A DNA stretch of 64,000 nucleotides, taken from positions 2,653,598 to 2,717,597 of the forward strand of contig NZ_CP136574.1 of NCBI RefSeq assembly GCF_035195345.1, in the 5' to 3' direction. Below, in pieces: positions 20,895 to 31,118 of this stretch. The stretch comes from Flavobacterium sp. (GTDB lineage: Bacteria > Bacteroidota > Bacteroidia > Flavobacteriales > Flavobacteriaceae). The notes below the pieces were generated by a model. That model was not told the DNA's origin. It was given only the letters and a program-made list of their open reading frames with translations, and ran no database searches. The number at the start of each line of letters is the position of its first letter. Within the stretch, counting starts at the first letter, position 1. The translations under genes and the position numbers were made by a program.

Positions 20895-22175
20895 ATGTCA
20901 GTTTTAGAAAAAATGAGTCCAGCTGAAGCTATTGAATTAGAAGACAAGTATGGTGCACACAATTATCATCCACTACCAGTAGTTTTAAGTAGAGGAGAAG
21001 GAGTTTATGTTTGGGATGTGGAAGGAAAGAAATATTATGATTTTCTTTCAGCTTATTCTGCAGTAAACCAAGGACATTGTCATCCAAAAATTGTAGGAGC
21101 AATGGTAGAGCAGGCGCAAACATTAACCTTAACATCAAGAGCATTTTACAACGATAAATTAGGAGTGTACGAACAATTTGTTACTAATTACTTCGGATTT
21201 GATAAAGTATTGCCAATGAATACAGGTGCTGAAGCAGTAGAAACCGCTTTAAAATTGTGTAGAAAATGGGCTTACGAGAAAAAAGGAATCAACGAAAATG
21301 ATGCTCAAATTATTGTTTGTGATGGTAACTTCCACGGAAGAACTACTACAATCATTTCATTTTCAAACGATGAAAACGCAAGAAAAAACTTTGGACCTTA
21401 CACAGCAGGATTTATAAGCATTCCTTACGATGATATTGATGCTTTAGAAAAAGCAGTGAGTTCTTCAAAAAACATTGCAGGGTTTTTAGTTGAACCAATT
21501 CAAGGAGAAGCAGGAGTTTATACACCAGCTACCGATTTTCTTAAAAAAGCGCAAGCAATATGTAAAGCTAATAATGTATTGTTTATTGCCGATGAAGTAC
21601 AAACTGGAATTGCAAGAACAGGTTCGTTATTAGCGGTTTGTGGAAATTGTACATGTGAAGCAAAATGTGAAAAACAAGCTACTTACACTCAACCTGATAT
21701 TCTAATTTTAGGAAAAGCATTATCAGGTGGTGCTTATCCAGTTTCGGCTGTTTTGGCAAATGATAGTATTATGAATGTTATCAAGCCAGGACAACATGGT
21801 TCAACTTTTGGAGGAAATCCAGTGGCAGCTGCGGTTGCTATGGCGGCATTAGAAGTAGTTTCTGAAGAAAGTTTGTCTCAAAATGCTAGAAAATTAGGAA
21901 AAATCTTCCGTGATGAATTAGCAAAATTTATCGAAACTTCAAACATTGCTACTTTAGTAAGAGGAAAAGGGTTGTTGAATGCTGTTGTAATTAACGATAC
22001 CGAAGAAAGCGATACAGCTTGGAATATTTGTGTACGTTTAGCAGAAAACGGTTTATTAGCAAAACCAACACATGGAAACATCATTCGTTTTGCGCCACCT
22101 TTAGTAATGACTGAGGAACAATTAAGAGATTGTGTTTCGATAATAATTAATACGTTAAAAGAATTCGAAAAATAA
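20895..22175 (+). CDS. rocD: Ornithine--oxo-acid aminotransferase
   Basis: [46 protein letters not shown] and HGSTFGGNP. Confidence 0.95.
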   Translation: MSVLEKMSPAEAIELEDKYGAHNYHPLPVVLSRGEGVYVWDVEGKKYYDFLSAYSAVNQGHCHPKIVGAMVEQAQTLTLTSRAFYNDKLGVYEQFVTNYFGFDKVLPMNTGAEAVETALKLCRKWAYEKKGINENDAQIIVCDGNFHGRTTTIISFSNDENARKNFGPYTAGFISIPYDDIDALEKAVSSSKNIAGFLVEPIQGEAGVYTPATDFLKKAQAICKANNVLFIADEVQTGIARTGSLLAVCGNCTCEAKCEKQATYTQPDILILGKALSGGAYPVSAVLANDSIMNVIKPGQHGSTFGGNPVAAAVAMAALEVVSEESLSQNARKLGKIFRDELAKFIETSNIATLVRGKGLLNAVVINDTEESDTAWNICVRLAENGLLAKPTHGNIIRFAPPLVMTEEQLRDCVSIIINTLKEFEK

Positions 22176-22176
22176 T

Positions 22177-22617
22177 ATGGAACAAAATTTAGAATTAAAT
22201 CAATTGGCTAAAGACGCTTTAAAAGAAGGCGCAAAATGGACTTTTTTCTTGTCAATTATGGGGTTTATTGGTGTAGGTTTAATGGTGCTTGCTGCAATTG
22301 TTATGACTATAACATTATCAACTTTACCAGACGAAGTTAGTAGTTTTGGTTTTTTTGGCGCAATGAAAAATTTCTTGTCATTATTTTATTTGTTAATGGC
22401 TGTGCTTTATTTTTTTCCGATTTATTATTTGTATAAATATTCTTCAAATGTAAAAACTGCGCTTCAGTTTAATGATAGTAATTTATTAGCAGATGCTTTT
22501 GTGAATTTAAAATCACATCACAAATTTTTAGGAATTTCTATTATAGTTATATTTTCTTTGTATTTACTTATAATTATTGGTGCTGTTATCACGATGGTTG
22601 GTTCAGCTGCTTTTTAA
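22177..22617 (+). CDS. DUF5362-like membrane protein
   Basis: KWTFFLSIMGFIG...YFFPIYYLYKYS pattern; hydrophobic. Confidence 0.7.
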   Translation: MEQNLELNQLAKDALKEGAKWTFFLSIMGFIGVGLMVLAAIVMTITLSTLPDEVSSFGFFGAMKNFLSLFYLLMAVLYFFPIYYLYKYSSNVKTALQFNDSNLLADAFVNLKSHHKFLGISIIVIFSLYLLIIIGAVITMVGSAAF

Positions 22618-22634
22618 TAGAAAGTAAAAGAATC

Positions 22635-22676
22635 AAAAAAGCCATCTCATATTTTAATAATGAGATGGCTTTTTTA
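22635..22676. terminator. Bidirectional intrinsic terminator
   Basis: AAAAAAGCCATCTCAT...ATGAGATGGCTTTTTT between convergent genes. Confidence 0.8.
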
Positions 22677-22698
22677 TTTATAAATTATTTGGTTAGTA

Positions 22699-23370
22699 TT
22701 ACATACCGCCCATTTGTTTTTGAAATTCTGCCATAGTAGTTTTTGTAAAACCTTCTCCAACTTTAAATGCTTCCGCAGGAACATCTTTTGAAAATTTAAT
22801 AGCTTTCATAACCATGTCTCCTTGCGCAGTTTGAGTTGTGATTTCCAATGGATAACCAGCAAGTTTTATGTTTGATTCAGGGGCTACCATTTGTGGTGCA
22901 ATAGCTTCTGTTATATAAAAAGTACTTTTTGTCCCATCATTCATGTTTACGGTAGCTTTATAACATTTAAAACCTGCAATTTCTTTTGTGTCTTTTTTAT
23001 CGTAAACAATGTCTTTTGCATTTTCAAGATTACCAACGCTATTACTTGCTTTACTTGCATCTTCACCAGCATCTGTAATTTCGTATTTCATACCCATAAC
23101 TTCAACAGTCATTTTTGAGTCTTTTTTGTTTTCATTAGGAACGATAGTTTTCATCAACATCATGCCGCCCATCATACTCATGTCGGTAGCTTGCATTTTT
23201 TCGTCAAAATGAACTGTAATTGTGCTTTCACCCATTGCTGCCATTTCTTCTGTTGCGTTTGGCATTGTCATACTATAAGTTACTGAGCCTTTTTTTAATT
23301 GTGTTTGTGCATTAACAGTAACTCCTACAAATAACAAGGTTGTTAGTGCAATTTGTGCGATTTTTTTCAT
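22699..23370 (-). CDS. Exported protein, GLPGLI/DUF4412-like
   Basis: Signal peptide; DTKEIAGFKCYKAT and LAGYPLE motifs. Confidence 0.7.
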   Translation of the reverse strand: MKKIAQIALTTLLFVGVTVNAQTQLKKGSVTYSMTMPNATEEMAAMGESTITVHFDEKMQATDMSMMGGMMLMKTIVPNENKKDSKMTVEVMGMKYEITDAGEDASKASNSVGNLENAKDIVYDKKDTKEIAGFKCYKATVNMNDGTKSTFYITEAIAPQMVAPESNIKLAGYPLEITTQTAQGDMVMKAIKFSKDVPAEAFKVGEGFTKTTMAEFQKQMGGM

Positions 23371-23502
23371 TTGGATTTGTTTTTTGTTTCGTAAAAGTAA
23401 TAAATTATTTTATTGTAGTATAAATATAGATGAATATTAATTTTAATTAAAATTTTAAAAATTCAATAAAAAAAACCGAGCTTTGCTCGGTTCATTCTAT
23501 AT

Positions 23503-25956
23503 TTAATTTTTCTTTATAAAGCTTTCGGAGTATTTCTTGCCTTCTAAAGTTTCAATGAGTAAGATGTATAGACCTTCTGATAAATCTGAAACTGAGAAAC
23601 TTGAGTTAGAAAGTTTTACTTTTTTAATTTCTTTTCCTAATGTAGAAATGATCGAAATATTTTTAATATTGAGCATTTCGATATTTGCAAGTGTAATTAT
23701 CTCACTACTTGGATTTGGATGTAAAATAATTTGTGAGTTTCCATTGTCTACTAAACTTAATGGACTTGAACCTTCAATAATATGTAGTGATTGATTGATT
23801 GAAGGATTATTTATAACATCAACTAATCCAGAGGGCCATCTAATTATTACTTGTGAGATACTATTTGCTGTTCCAATTCCAAAATGAGCATTTAACGAAC
23901 TCATGTATCTAAAACCTTCACCACTTCTGATATCTCTAATTTGTTTGCCCCATGTACCATAAATTTCAACTCTAGCTCCAATTCCATTGCTATTACTTTG
24001 AATCCCTTGTAAAGAAAATTTAATCCAATTATTTCCGTTTGGTACCGCATATCGTATTGTTGTACCGTTTTGAATATCTAAAAATCCATCATTATTCAAA
24101 TCTCCAACAGCTCCAACACTAATTCCAGTATAATTAATAGGTGAAAATGTACTATTACCTTGATTAAACATAATTTTACTTCCTCCTCCTAAAACGTCAA
24201 CAAAACCATCGTTATCAAAATCATATGCTATGTTATCAATATTAGTAGATGTATTAGTATCCCAACCCGAGCCTAAGGTAATATTAGAAAAAGCCTCTTC
24301 TGTAGTATTGGTAGTGTCAAGATTATTTCTAAAATATTTGTGTAAACTTGCACTAGCAGTTATTATAATATCCATGTCCCCATCATTATCAAAATCTGCA
24401 ATAGCTGACGACCAAGTTTGAATAGGAGTTACATTAATACCTGCAATGGCAGAAATGTTGGTATAAATATTATTTCCGTCATAACGATACAATTCACATG
24501 GAGGTCCAGAACATTTAGACACAAATACATCACTATCCCCATCATTATCAAAATCAGTAAAAAGCGTTGCATAATTCCCTGTTGAAGTTGCAATACTCAT
24601 GGAACCAGCGGTAACAGTTGATTGATAAAATGACAAATTACCATTTCCATTATTTAAATAATAACAACTAGGAGCAATATCATGGCAAACAAAAATATCT
24701 AAATTACCATCATTATTTAAATCAGAAAAGTTAGTTCTTTGAGAAAATATATATTGTCCAGGTGTATATGTTGTAAAGGCTGTTCCATTACTATTTGAGG
24801 TTAAGATTGTAGCCCCACTTCCATTTCCTAAAACAATATCATTATAGCCATCTTTGTTGTAATCTCCTGCAGCCATACTCCAATATGGTAATAAAACAGA
24901 ACCTGTTAAAGGATGATCGGTTATTGTATATGTTCCAGGGGTGTTTGCTTGATAATGAATTCTCATATTAGCAGCACTAATACCTACGATATCATCTTTA
25001 AAGTCACCATTCATATCTACAACACAAATATTATACGAACTATTAATAGTAGAAATACTCTCTGTAGTATAGGTAATTGGAATAATAATAGGAACTTCTG
25101 TTATAGTAAAATCAAATCCTGTAGCACTCCATTTGTTATCCCATACAATATAATAGGTAACTCCAGCAGCTACTTCAAATGTTTTTACTGAAAGGTTAGA
25201 ATTAGTATTCCCTGAATTACAAGCAATTATTCCTGAATTATCATCATTAGTGATACATGTTAATCCCGTTGTACAATTACCTGTATACACACTAAAATTA
25301 GTGTCTTTGCATATATTAGTTATTAGGTCTGATGAAACGGTAACCATCGCATTAGTAGATGGTGTATATGAATACCATTTAGATAAAGTAGTTGAGGAAC
25401 AAGCGGTATTAATATTGGTTTGGTCAATTGCATTAACTGTTGTAGTACCAGCAGTTATAGCCGTTGCAGCAGCACATGGGTTATATCCAGCGGGAATTTC
25501 ACTAATTTGAAAATTAAAACCTGTAGAAGCCCATCGATTATCCCAAACAATGTAATAAGTAGTGCCAGCGACAGCATTAAACGACGCGCGAGATAAGTAT
25601 GTGTTAGAATTTGTAGTACAAGAAATGGTTCCTGAATCATCGTCAGCAACTACACACGTTAAGGCAGCACAAGTGCCACTATAAATACGTAAACGAGTAT
25701 CTAAGCAAATATTTTCTACTAAATCAGAAGTTACTGTTACTATAAAATCTTCGGAAGGAGTATAAGCATACCATTCAGCAGCAGTAGTTGATGTATTTGT
25801 ATAAGTACAAGTAACTTGTGGCAGTTCTGTTCCATTAACTGCACTAATATTGTAAACTCCAGCGGATGTAATTGGTGATGCAGTTGCACAATTATCTTGT
25901 GCTAAAATAGTTCCAAAACACAATCCGAATACTATTAAAAAGTAATTTTTTTTCAT
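23503..25956 (-). CDS. T9SS-secreted FG-GAP/VCBS-repeat protein with ASPIC/UnbV domain and two tandem N-terminal Cys-containing repeats
   Basis: Repeated DxNxDGxxD motifs, SNSNGIGARV...GFRYMSSLNAHFGIG, type A CTD (LHPNPS...GLYILLIET...FIKK). Confidence 0.88.
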   Translation of the reverse strand: MKKNYFLIVFGLCFGTILAQDNCATASPITSAGVYNISAVNGTELPQVTCTYTNTSTTAAEWYAYTPSEDFIVTVTSDLVENICLDTRLRIYSGTCAALTCVVADDDSGTISCTTNSNTYLSRASFNAVAGTTYYIVWDNRWASTGFNFQISEIPAGYNPCAAATAITAGTTTVNAIDQTNINTACSSTTLSKWYSYTPSTNAMVTVSSDLITNICKDTNFSVYTGNCTTGLTCITNDDNSGIIACNSGNTNSNLSVKTFEVAAGVTYYIVWDNKWSATGFDFTITEVPIIIPITYTTESISTINSSYNICVVDMNGDFKDDIVGISAANMRIHYQANTPGTYTITDHPLTGSVLLPYWSMAAGDYNKDGYNDIVLGNGSGATILTSNSNGTAFTTYTPGQYIFSQRTNFSDLNNDGNLDIFVCHDIAPSCYYLNNGNGNLSFYQSTVTAGSMSIATSTGNYATLFTDFDNDGDSDVFVSKCSGPPCELYRYDGNNIYTNISAIAGINVTPIQTWSSAIADFDNDGDMDIIITASASLHKYFRNNLDTTNTTEEAFSNITLGSGWDTNTSTNIDNIAYDFDNDGFVDVLGGGSKIMFNQGNSTFSPINYTGISVGAVGDLNNDGFLDIQNGTTIRYAVPNGNNWIKFSLQGIQSNSNGIGARVEIYGTWGKQIRDIRSGEGFRYMSSLNAHFGIGTANSISQVIIRWPSGLVDVINNPSINQSLHIIEGSSPLSLVDNGNSQIILHPNPSSEIITLANIEMLNIKNISIISTLGKEIKKVKLSNSSFSVSDLSEGLYILLIETLEGKKYSESFIKKN

Positions 25957-25969
25957 ATTTTAAATATTA

Positions 25970-27091
25970 TTATCGACAATCTTCTAATGAATTAATCCAT
26001 TCTTCTATAAGTGACACCCCTTCAGTATGAATAATAGTTCTTCCATGAAGTGGCATTCTGTATGTTTCATCAATCGAATTTACTCTATGATATAACATTG
26101 ATTGATTTGTTCTTCTTGGAGTAATAATCTTACTTAGTTCTGGGGAAAAATCTTGCATATCTTGTGTATCTACACAAACACCCATATTGGATAAATTGTT
26201 GTTTGTTTCAGAAAATGCAAATCGCATTGGTCTGTAATCACAATGACCATTTTCTTTATGACAATGTGCACAATTTATATCAAAATACGATCTCACTCTT
26301 TTTTCTAAAGAATTATTTATGTCGTTGTAATTTACAGTAGTATTTTCTTCGGAAGGAAGATTAAAATTATTTTCTAAAATACCTAGATTAATCCATTTTG
26401 TAAGTTGATTTACAGTTTCTGAACCATATGTGTATGTTTTATTTAAATTTTGTGGTTTAATGCCTATTGGAATGTTGATTTGATTATATACTCCATTGAT
26501 ATAACTTTTGGTTTTATGGCAAACAATGCATTGTGCTTCGTTTGGAATTCGGTATTCAACATTTCTAGTAACATTGTTTTCATCTCGCCAAGAAACATTT
26601 TTCACACTGCTATTTAAATCTAAATAGGCTTCTGTTTGTTCTTCATTCCATACATAATCTGCAAATATCCAACCATCAGATTTTCTTATCATTATGCGTG
26701 TTTCAATTATTTTAGTTGTGTTTGAAGGGAGTACATTATCATAATAAAATGTTTTAATAATTGCCGCTCCTACAGGTAGTTCTAAAATTTTATCATCACC
26801 ATTATAAGTTGCTTTGGTTCCGTTTGGTAACCAAATAAATCTTTTTTTATGGGCATAATCAGTAAATAGTGAAGAAATTGGTTCGTAAGGAATAACATCT
26901 AGTGAAGGAATTTGATTTTTCATTTCACCTTCAAAAAAATGATAGTCTGATAGATTTGGATAAGGAACTTGGGTTAAATCTACAGTAACAGGAGAAACTG
27001 CGATATATTCTTCATCATCATGATCTGTACATGAAAAAATTAAAATAATTGAAATGGCAAAAAATAATAAAAAAGCGTATTTTTTTGTCAT
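25970..27091 (-). CDS. Diheme c-type cytochrome lipoprotein (SO2930-like)
   Basis: Lipobox IFSC; two CxxCH motifs (CIVCH, CAHCH); LFTDYAHKKRF and YRMP motifs. Confidence 0.8.
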   Translation of the reverse strand: MTKKYAFLLFFAISIILIFSCTDHDDEEYIAVSPVTVDLTQVPYPNLSDYHFFEGEMKNQIPSLDVIPYEPISSLFTDYAHKKRFIWLPNGTKATYNGDDKILELPVGAAIIKTFYYDNVLPSNTTKIIETRIMIRKSDGWIFADYVWNEEQTEAYLDLNSSVKNVSWRDENNVTRNVEYRIPNEAQCIVCHKTKSYINGVYNQINIPIGIKPQNLNKTYTYGSETVNQLTKWINLGILENNFNLPSEENTTVNYNDINNSLEKRVRSYFDINCAHCHKENGHCDYRPMRFAFSETNNNLSNMGVCVDTQDMQDFSPELSKIITPRRTNQSMLYHRVNSIDETYRMPLHGRTIIHTEGVSLIEEWINSLEDCR

Positions 27092-27167
27092 ATTATTAGG
27101 GGTTTATTTGTTTATAGTATGACAAATATAACTTTTTTTTTAAAATGACAATATATTTTTCAGAACG

Positions 27168-27728
27168 TTATATATTGTTAATCAGGTTTTCAGAAATTTC
27201 AACATTATAATTTTTAAGGTTTTCTAATGATTGAGCCGATTTATAATCAAAGTTAATTTCTAATTCTTTATGCTTTTTTTTATTATTTATTCGATTGACT
27301 CCATCGTAAAATCGTCTAACTTCATTCATGTTGGATAAAATTAAACGAGGAACTTTTACATTATTTCCGTTTTCATCTTTGGCAACCATAGTAAAATAAC
27401 TCGAATTACAATGTTTTTTTATTCCAGTTTGAATGTGTTCTGATGTAACTCGAATACCAACAATCATTGAAGTTTTTCCAACGTAATTAACTGATGCTTT
27501 CAGAATGACTAATTCGCCAATTTCAACAGGATTTAAAAAATCAACTGTGTCCACAGATGCAGTTACACAATAGCAACCCGAGTATTTTGAAGCACATGCA
27601 AAAGCAATTTGGTCCATTAATTTTAGTAAATAGCCACCATGAATTTTACCACTAAAATTAGAATGCGAGGGTAACATTAATTCCGACAAGGTAATTTTTG
27701 ATGCTTCAACTGTATTTACGGTTTCCAT
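27168..27728 (-). CDS. Acyl-CoA thioesterase (hotdog fold)
   Basis: PSHSNFSGKIHGGYLLKLMD, VTASVDTVDF. Confidence 0.9.
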   Translation of the reverse strand: METVNTVEASKITLSELMLPSHSNFSGKIHGGYLLKLMDQIAFACASKYSGCYCVTASVDTVDFLNPVEIGELVILKASVNYVGKTSMIVGIRVTSEHIQTGIKKHCNSSYFTMVAKDENGNNVKVPRLILSNMNEVRRFYDGVNRINNKKKHKELEINFDYKSAQSLENLKNYNVEISENLINNI

Positions 27729-27734
27729 ATATGT

Positions 27735-28085
27735 TTAATTTTCTAGAGTAACTTTGGTAATAAAATAGCGAGTGTCGCCCCACCAAAAGAAAGTTTTATA
27801 GCGTTCTTCAAATTCTAAAGTAACTTTTTTGCCCTGCCATTTTTTCATTTCTGCTATTACTACATCTTCATTTTCCATTACTGAAAATGCAAAGATTTGA
27901 GCTCCTGATATTCCTTGACTCAATTCGCCTTCCCAAGTTTTCACAATAAATCCTTTGTGACTAATTTTGATTAATTCCCCAGAACGTACCCCTTCGCTGT
28001 AAGGAATGTAGTAAATAAAGGAAAAATAGGTCACTGAGATTAAAGTAAGTGATAAGGCGATGTAAAGCAATATTTTTCGAAACAT
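27735..28085 (-). CDS. Conserved hypothetical membrane-anchored protein
   Basis: YSEGVRSGELIKISHKG...KTWEGEL; N-terminal TM helix. Confidence 0.75.
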   Translation of the reverse strand: MFRKILLYIALSLTLISVTYFSFIYYIPYSEGVRSGELIKISHKGFIVKTWEGELSQGISGAQIFAFSVMENEDVVIAEMKKWQGKKVTLEFEERYKTFFWWGDTRYFITKVTLEN

Positions 28086-28093
28086 AGTTTTTT

Positions 28094-29482
28094 TTATTCG
28101 TTTTCGTTTTTAGAAAGTAACGCAATTTCGCCAGATTCTTCAGCTCTTTTTAAAACAGCTTCTGGAAGTGATTTTTTAGCTTTGGCTCCCATTTTTTTCA
28201 ATTTTTCAACACTGTTTACCAAATTTCCTTTACCATCAACCAATTTGTTCATAGCGTTTCCGTATTCTATCTTGGCTTCATCCATTTTCTTGCCAATTTT
28301 AATTAAATCGGCAACAAAACCTTCAAATTTATCATACAATGCACCAGCCTGACGCGCAATTTCAATGGCATTTTCTTGTTGTTTTTGATTCGTCCACATG
28401 CTATCAATCGTGCGTAATGTTGCCAAAAGGGTAGAAGGCGTCACAATCACAATATTCTTCTCAAAGGCTTTGTTGTACAAGGTTGTATCTTCATTCAACG
28501 CTACAGCAAAAGCGGATTCAATAGGGATAAACAACAATACAAAATCGGGACTTTCCATTTGGTATAAATCCTGATAATTTTTGTTACCCAATTGTTCCAC
28601 ATGACGATTAATAGAAACTACATGTTCTTTTAAATGCTGATTTTTCAAGCTGTCATCTTCTTCATTGATGAAACGTTCATAAGCCGTAAGCGTTACTTTT
28701 GAATCGATAATCATTTTCTTGCCATCAGGAAGATTGATGATAACATCTGGAAAAACTCTATTTCCGTCTTCAGTAGTGTGACTTTGTTGAACGAAATATT
28801 CTCTATCTTTTTCTAATCCCGATTTTTCTAAAACACGTTCCAAGACCAATTCACCCCAATTTCCTTGCATTTTGCTATCGCCTTTTAGCGCTTTGGTTAA
28901 ATTGATGGTTTCTTTACTCATTTGTTCGTTCATTTCACGAAGTCCCAATATTTGCTGACGTAAAGCAGCATGATAATCAATGCTTTCTTTGTGCGTGTCT
29001 TCGACTTTCTTTTCAAAAAGTTGAATTCTGTCTTGTAGAGGCGACAAAATATTTTTAAGATTCTCTTTATTTTGCTCGGTGAATTTCACCGTTTTCTCTT
29101 CTAGAATTTTATTAGCCAAATTTTCAAATTCTTTGGTAAATTTTTCTTGAAGTTGCTCTACTTCTTGCTTTTGTTCTTTATTACGTTCTAAAAGATTATC
29201 GAAATCATTTTCTTTTTTGGCTAAATGAATGGCTAACGATTCTTTTTCTTTTTGAAGGTTTTCTTTTTCAGAACTAAGTTGTAAAAGCGATTTTTCAAAC
29301 TGATTTCTTTCGGTTTGAAACTGGATTTTTAATTGTTCTATTTGACCTAAAAAACCATTAATTCGTTCTTCTAAACCTGATTTTTCGGATTGTGACTGGG
29401 CAGTAAAAAGCATCTTTCCAAGGAAAATTCCTATGGCAAGTGCAACAATAAATGTAATTAAAATAAGCATTGATTCTGGCAT
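28094..29482 (-). CDS. rmuC: DNA recombination protein RmuC
   Basis: TM anchor plus coiled coil; QGNWGELVL, PDVIINLP, IDSK, PDFVLLFIPIE. Confidence 0.93.
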   Translation of the reverse strand: MPESMLILITFIVALAIGIFLGKMLFTAQSQSEKSGLEERINGFLGQIEQLKIQFQTERNQFEKSLLQLSSEKENLQKEKESLAIHLAKKENDFDNLLERNKEQKQEVEQLQEKFTKEFENLANKILEEKTVKFTEQNKENLKNILSPLQDRIQLFEKKVEDTHKESIDYHAALRQQILGLREMNEQMSKETINLTKALKGDSKMQGNWGELVLERVLEKSGLEKDREYFVQQSHTTEDGNRVFPDVIINLPDGKKMIIDSKVTLTAYERFINEEDDSLKNQHLKEHVVSINRHVEQLGNKNYQDLYQMESPDFVLLFIPIESAFAVALNEDTTLYNKAFEKNIVIVTPSTLLATLRTIDSMWTNQKQQENAIEIARQAGALYDKFEGFVADLIKIGKKMDEAKIEYGNAMNKLVDGKGNLVNSVEKLKKMGAKAKKSLPEAVLKRAEESGEIALLSKNENE

Positions 29483-29563
29483 AAATGAATTGTAAAATGT
29501 AAAAATACGGAATTAAATCAAACTTCAAATTTGAAAAATGTATTTTTGCAACAAATATTTAGC

Positions 29564-30130
29564 ATGCATCATCATTTCCTTATTCATAAGCCTTATGGCT
29601 ATTTGTCGCAGTTTATATATGAACTAAAAAGACCTAAAAAATTACTTGGAGAATTGTATGATTTTCCCGAAAATACCATGGCAATTGGTCGTTTAGATGA
29701 AGATTCTGAAGGTTTACTTCTGTTAACAACAGACGGCATGATGAGCGAAATCGTCCGAAGTAAAAAAGTAGAAAAAGAATATTATGCTCAAGTGGATGGA
29801 ATTGTAACCGAAGAAGCCGTTGAACTACTTAGAAATGGTGTAGAAATTGGTTTTCACGGAAAAAAATACATTACCAAAAAATGTAAAGCATCTATTTTGG
29901 AAACGATTCCAGATTTAGGCGAACGCGGTAAAAAGATTCGAGATGAACGTCACGGGCCAACTTCTTGGGTTTCGATAACTTTAACAGAAGGAAAATTTCG
30001 TCAAGTGCGTAAAATGACATCAGCTGTTGGTTTTCCTACCTTACGATTGGTTCGAGTGCGTGTGGGAAACATTCATTTAAATGATTTAAAAGCAGGTGAA
30101 GTTCTCGAAGTTAGTGGTTTTGATTTGTAA
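29564..30130 (+). CDS. Pseudouridine synthase (RsuA/RluE family)
   Basis: HKPYG, GRLDEDSEGLL, EGKFRQVRKM, LRLVRVRVG; likely start ATG 29564, downstream of a TATTTTTG box at 29541-29548. Confidence 0.9.
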   Translation: MHHHFLIHKPYGYLSQFIYELKRPKKLLGELYDFPENTMAIGRLDEDSEGLLLLTTDGMMSEIVRSKKVEKEYYAQVDGIVTEEAVELLRNGVEIGFHGKKYITKKCKASILETIPDLGERGKKIRDERHGPTSWVSITLTEGKFRQVRKMTSAVGFPTLRLVRVRVGNIHLNDLKAGEVLEVSGFDL

Positions 30131-30131
30131 T

Positions 30132-30917
30132 TTATTTGATTTTAAACTTACCTATAGTTGCATCAAAAGTCAAATGTTCGTTATCAAATAACGTATTGAA
30201 AATCTCAGTTTGAATCAAATTACAAGGTTGGTTTTGAACTATTTGAGTTGGTGTAAATATAATCATTTCATCACTCATTTGAATCGCTAAATCGATGTCA
30301 TGTGTAGAATAAAGGATGGTTTTACCCGTTTCGTGTGTGAGTTTTTGCAACAATTTCAATAAAGTTGCTTTGTGCACTAAATCTAAATGGGTTGTAGGTT
30401 CGTCTAAAATAATTACGGAAGTGTCTTGTGCCAAAGCGCGTGCGATCAAAGCAATTTGCAACTGACCATCACTAATTTCGTCTTGTTTTTTATGAATTAA
30501 ATGTTGGATTTCTGTTAATGTAATCGCTTCTTCAATTTTAGTTTTGTCTTCTTCAGATAAAGTGCCTAACCAATTGGTGTAAGGTTGTCTACCTAAAGCG
30601 ATGATTTCGTATACGGTTAAATTACTTGGTGGCAATTTTTCAGTTAATACGATGCTTAATTCTTGTGCTAAATCAAGTGGTTTGTAACTTTGAAGCGATT
30701 TATGGAGTAAAGAAACTTCGCCTTGTAAAGGAGGAATAATTCCTGTTAATGTTTTTAATAAAGTAGATTTCCCAATTCCGTTTTCACCTATTAAAGCAAT
30801 TAATTTGCCTTTTTCTAAACCAAGATTGATGTTTTGAGCAATAGTAATTGTTTCCGATTTGGTTTTGTAGCCAATCGAAAGGTTTTTGGTTTGTATGGTG
30901 AAATTTTGTTGGGTCAT
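30132..30917 (-). CDS. Cobalamin/Fe-siderophore ABC transporter ATPase (BtuD/FecE-like)
   Basis: Walker A GENGIGKST, ISDGQ signature, LDEPT; ATG at 30917 follows a TAnnTTTG box at 30927-30934. Confidence 0.88.
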   Translation of the reverse strand: MTQQNFTIQTKNLSIGYKTKSETITIAQNINLGLEKGKLIALIGENGIGKSTLLKTLTGIIPPLQGEVSLLHKSLQSYKPLDLAQELSIVLTEKLPPSNLTVYEIIALGRQPYTNWLGTLSEEDKTKIEEAITLTEIQHLIHKKQDEISDGQLQIALIARALAQDTSVIILDEPTTHLDLVHKATLLKLLQKLTHETGKTILYSTHDIDLAIQMSDEMIIFTPTQIVQNQPCNLIQTEIFNTLFDNEHLTFDATIGKFKIK

Positions 30918-30929
30918 TATGAAATACAA

Positions 30930-31118
30930 AAATAGGTTTTACCACATAGAAACATAGTTTTTTTTAGAGAGTTTTATTTAGAAACTAAAGTTTTGTATAG
31001 TTTTATTCTTTTTCAAACTTTTGAAATAGGTTTTACCACATAGAAACATTGATTTTTTTAAGAGTTTTATCTAGAAACTAAAGTTTTGTATAGTTTTATT
31101 CTTTTTCTAATTTTTTAA
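30930..31118. repeat. Two diverged tandem copies (94-bp period) carrying an ACCACATAGAAACAT arm and the 3' end of the GxxExxY gene
   Basis: AAATAGGTTTTACCACATAGAAACAT...AGAAACTAAAGTTTTGTATAGTTTTATTCTTTTTC starts at both 30930 and 31024. Confidence 0.9.

Noticed and set aside
27735-28085. 6-phosphogluconate dehydrogenase label
   Set aside because: 116 aa with no Rossmann motif; an apparent propagated misannotation of this family.
30930-31118. CRISPR array
   Set aside because: Only two long contiguous copies, no unique spacers and no cas genes.
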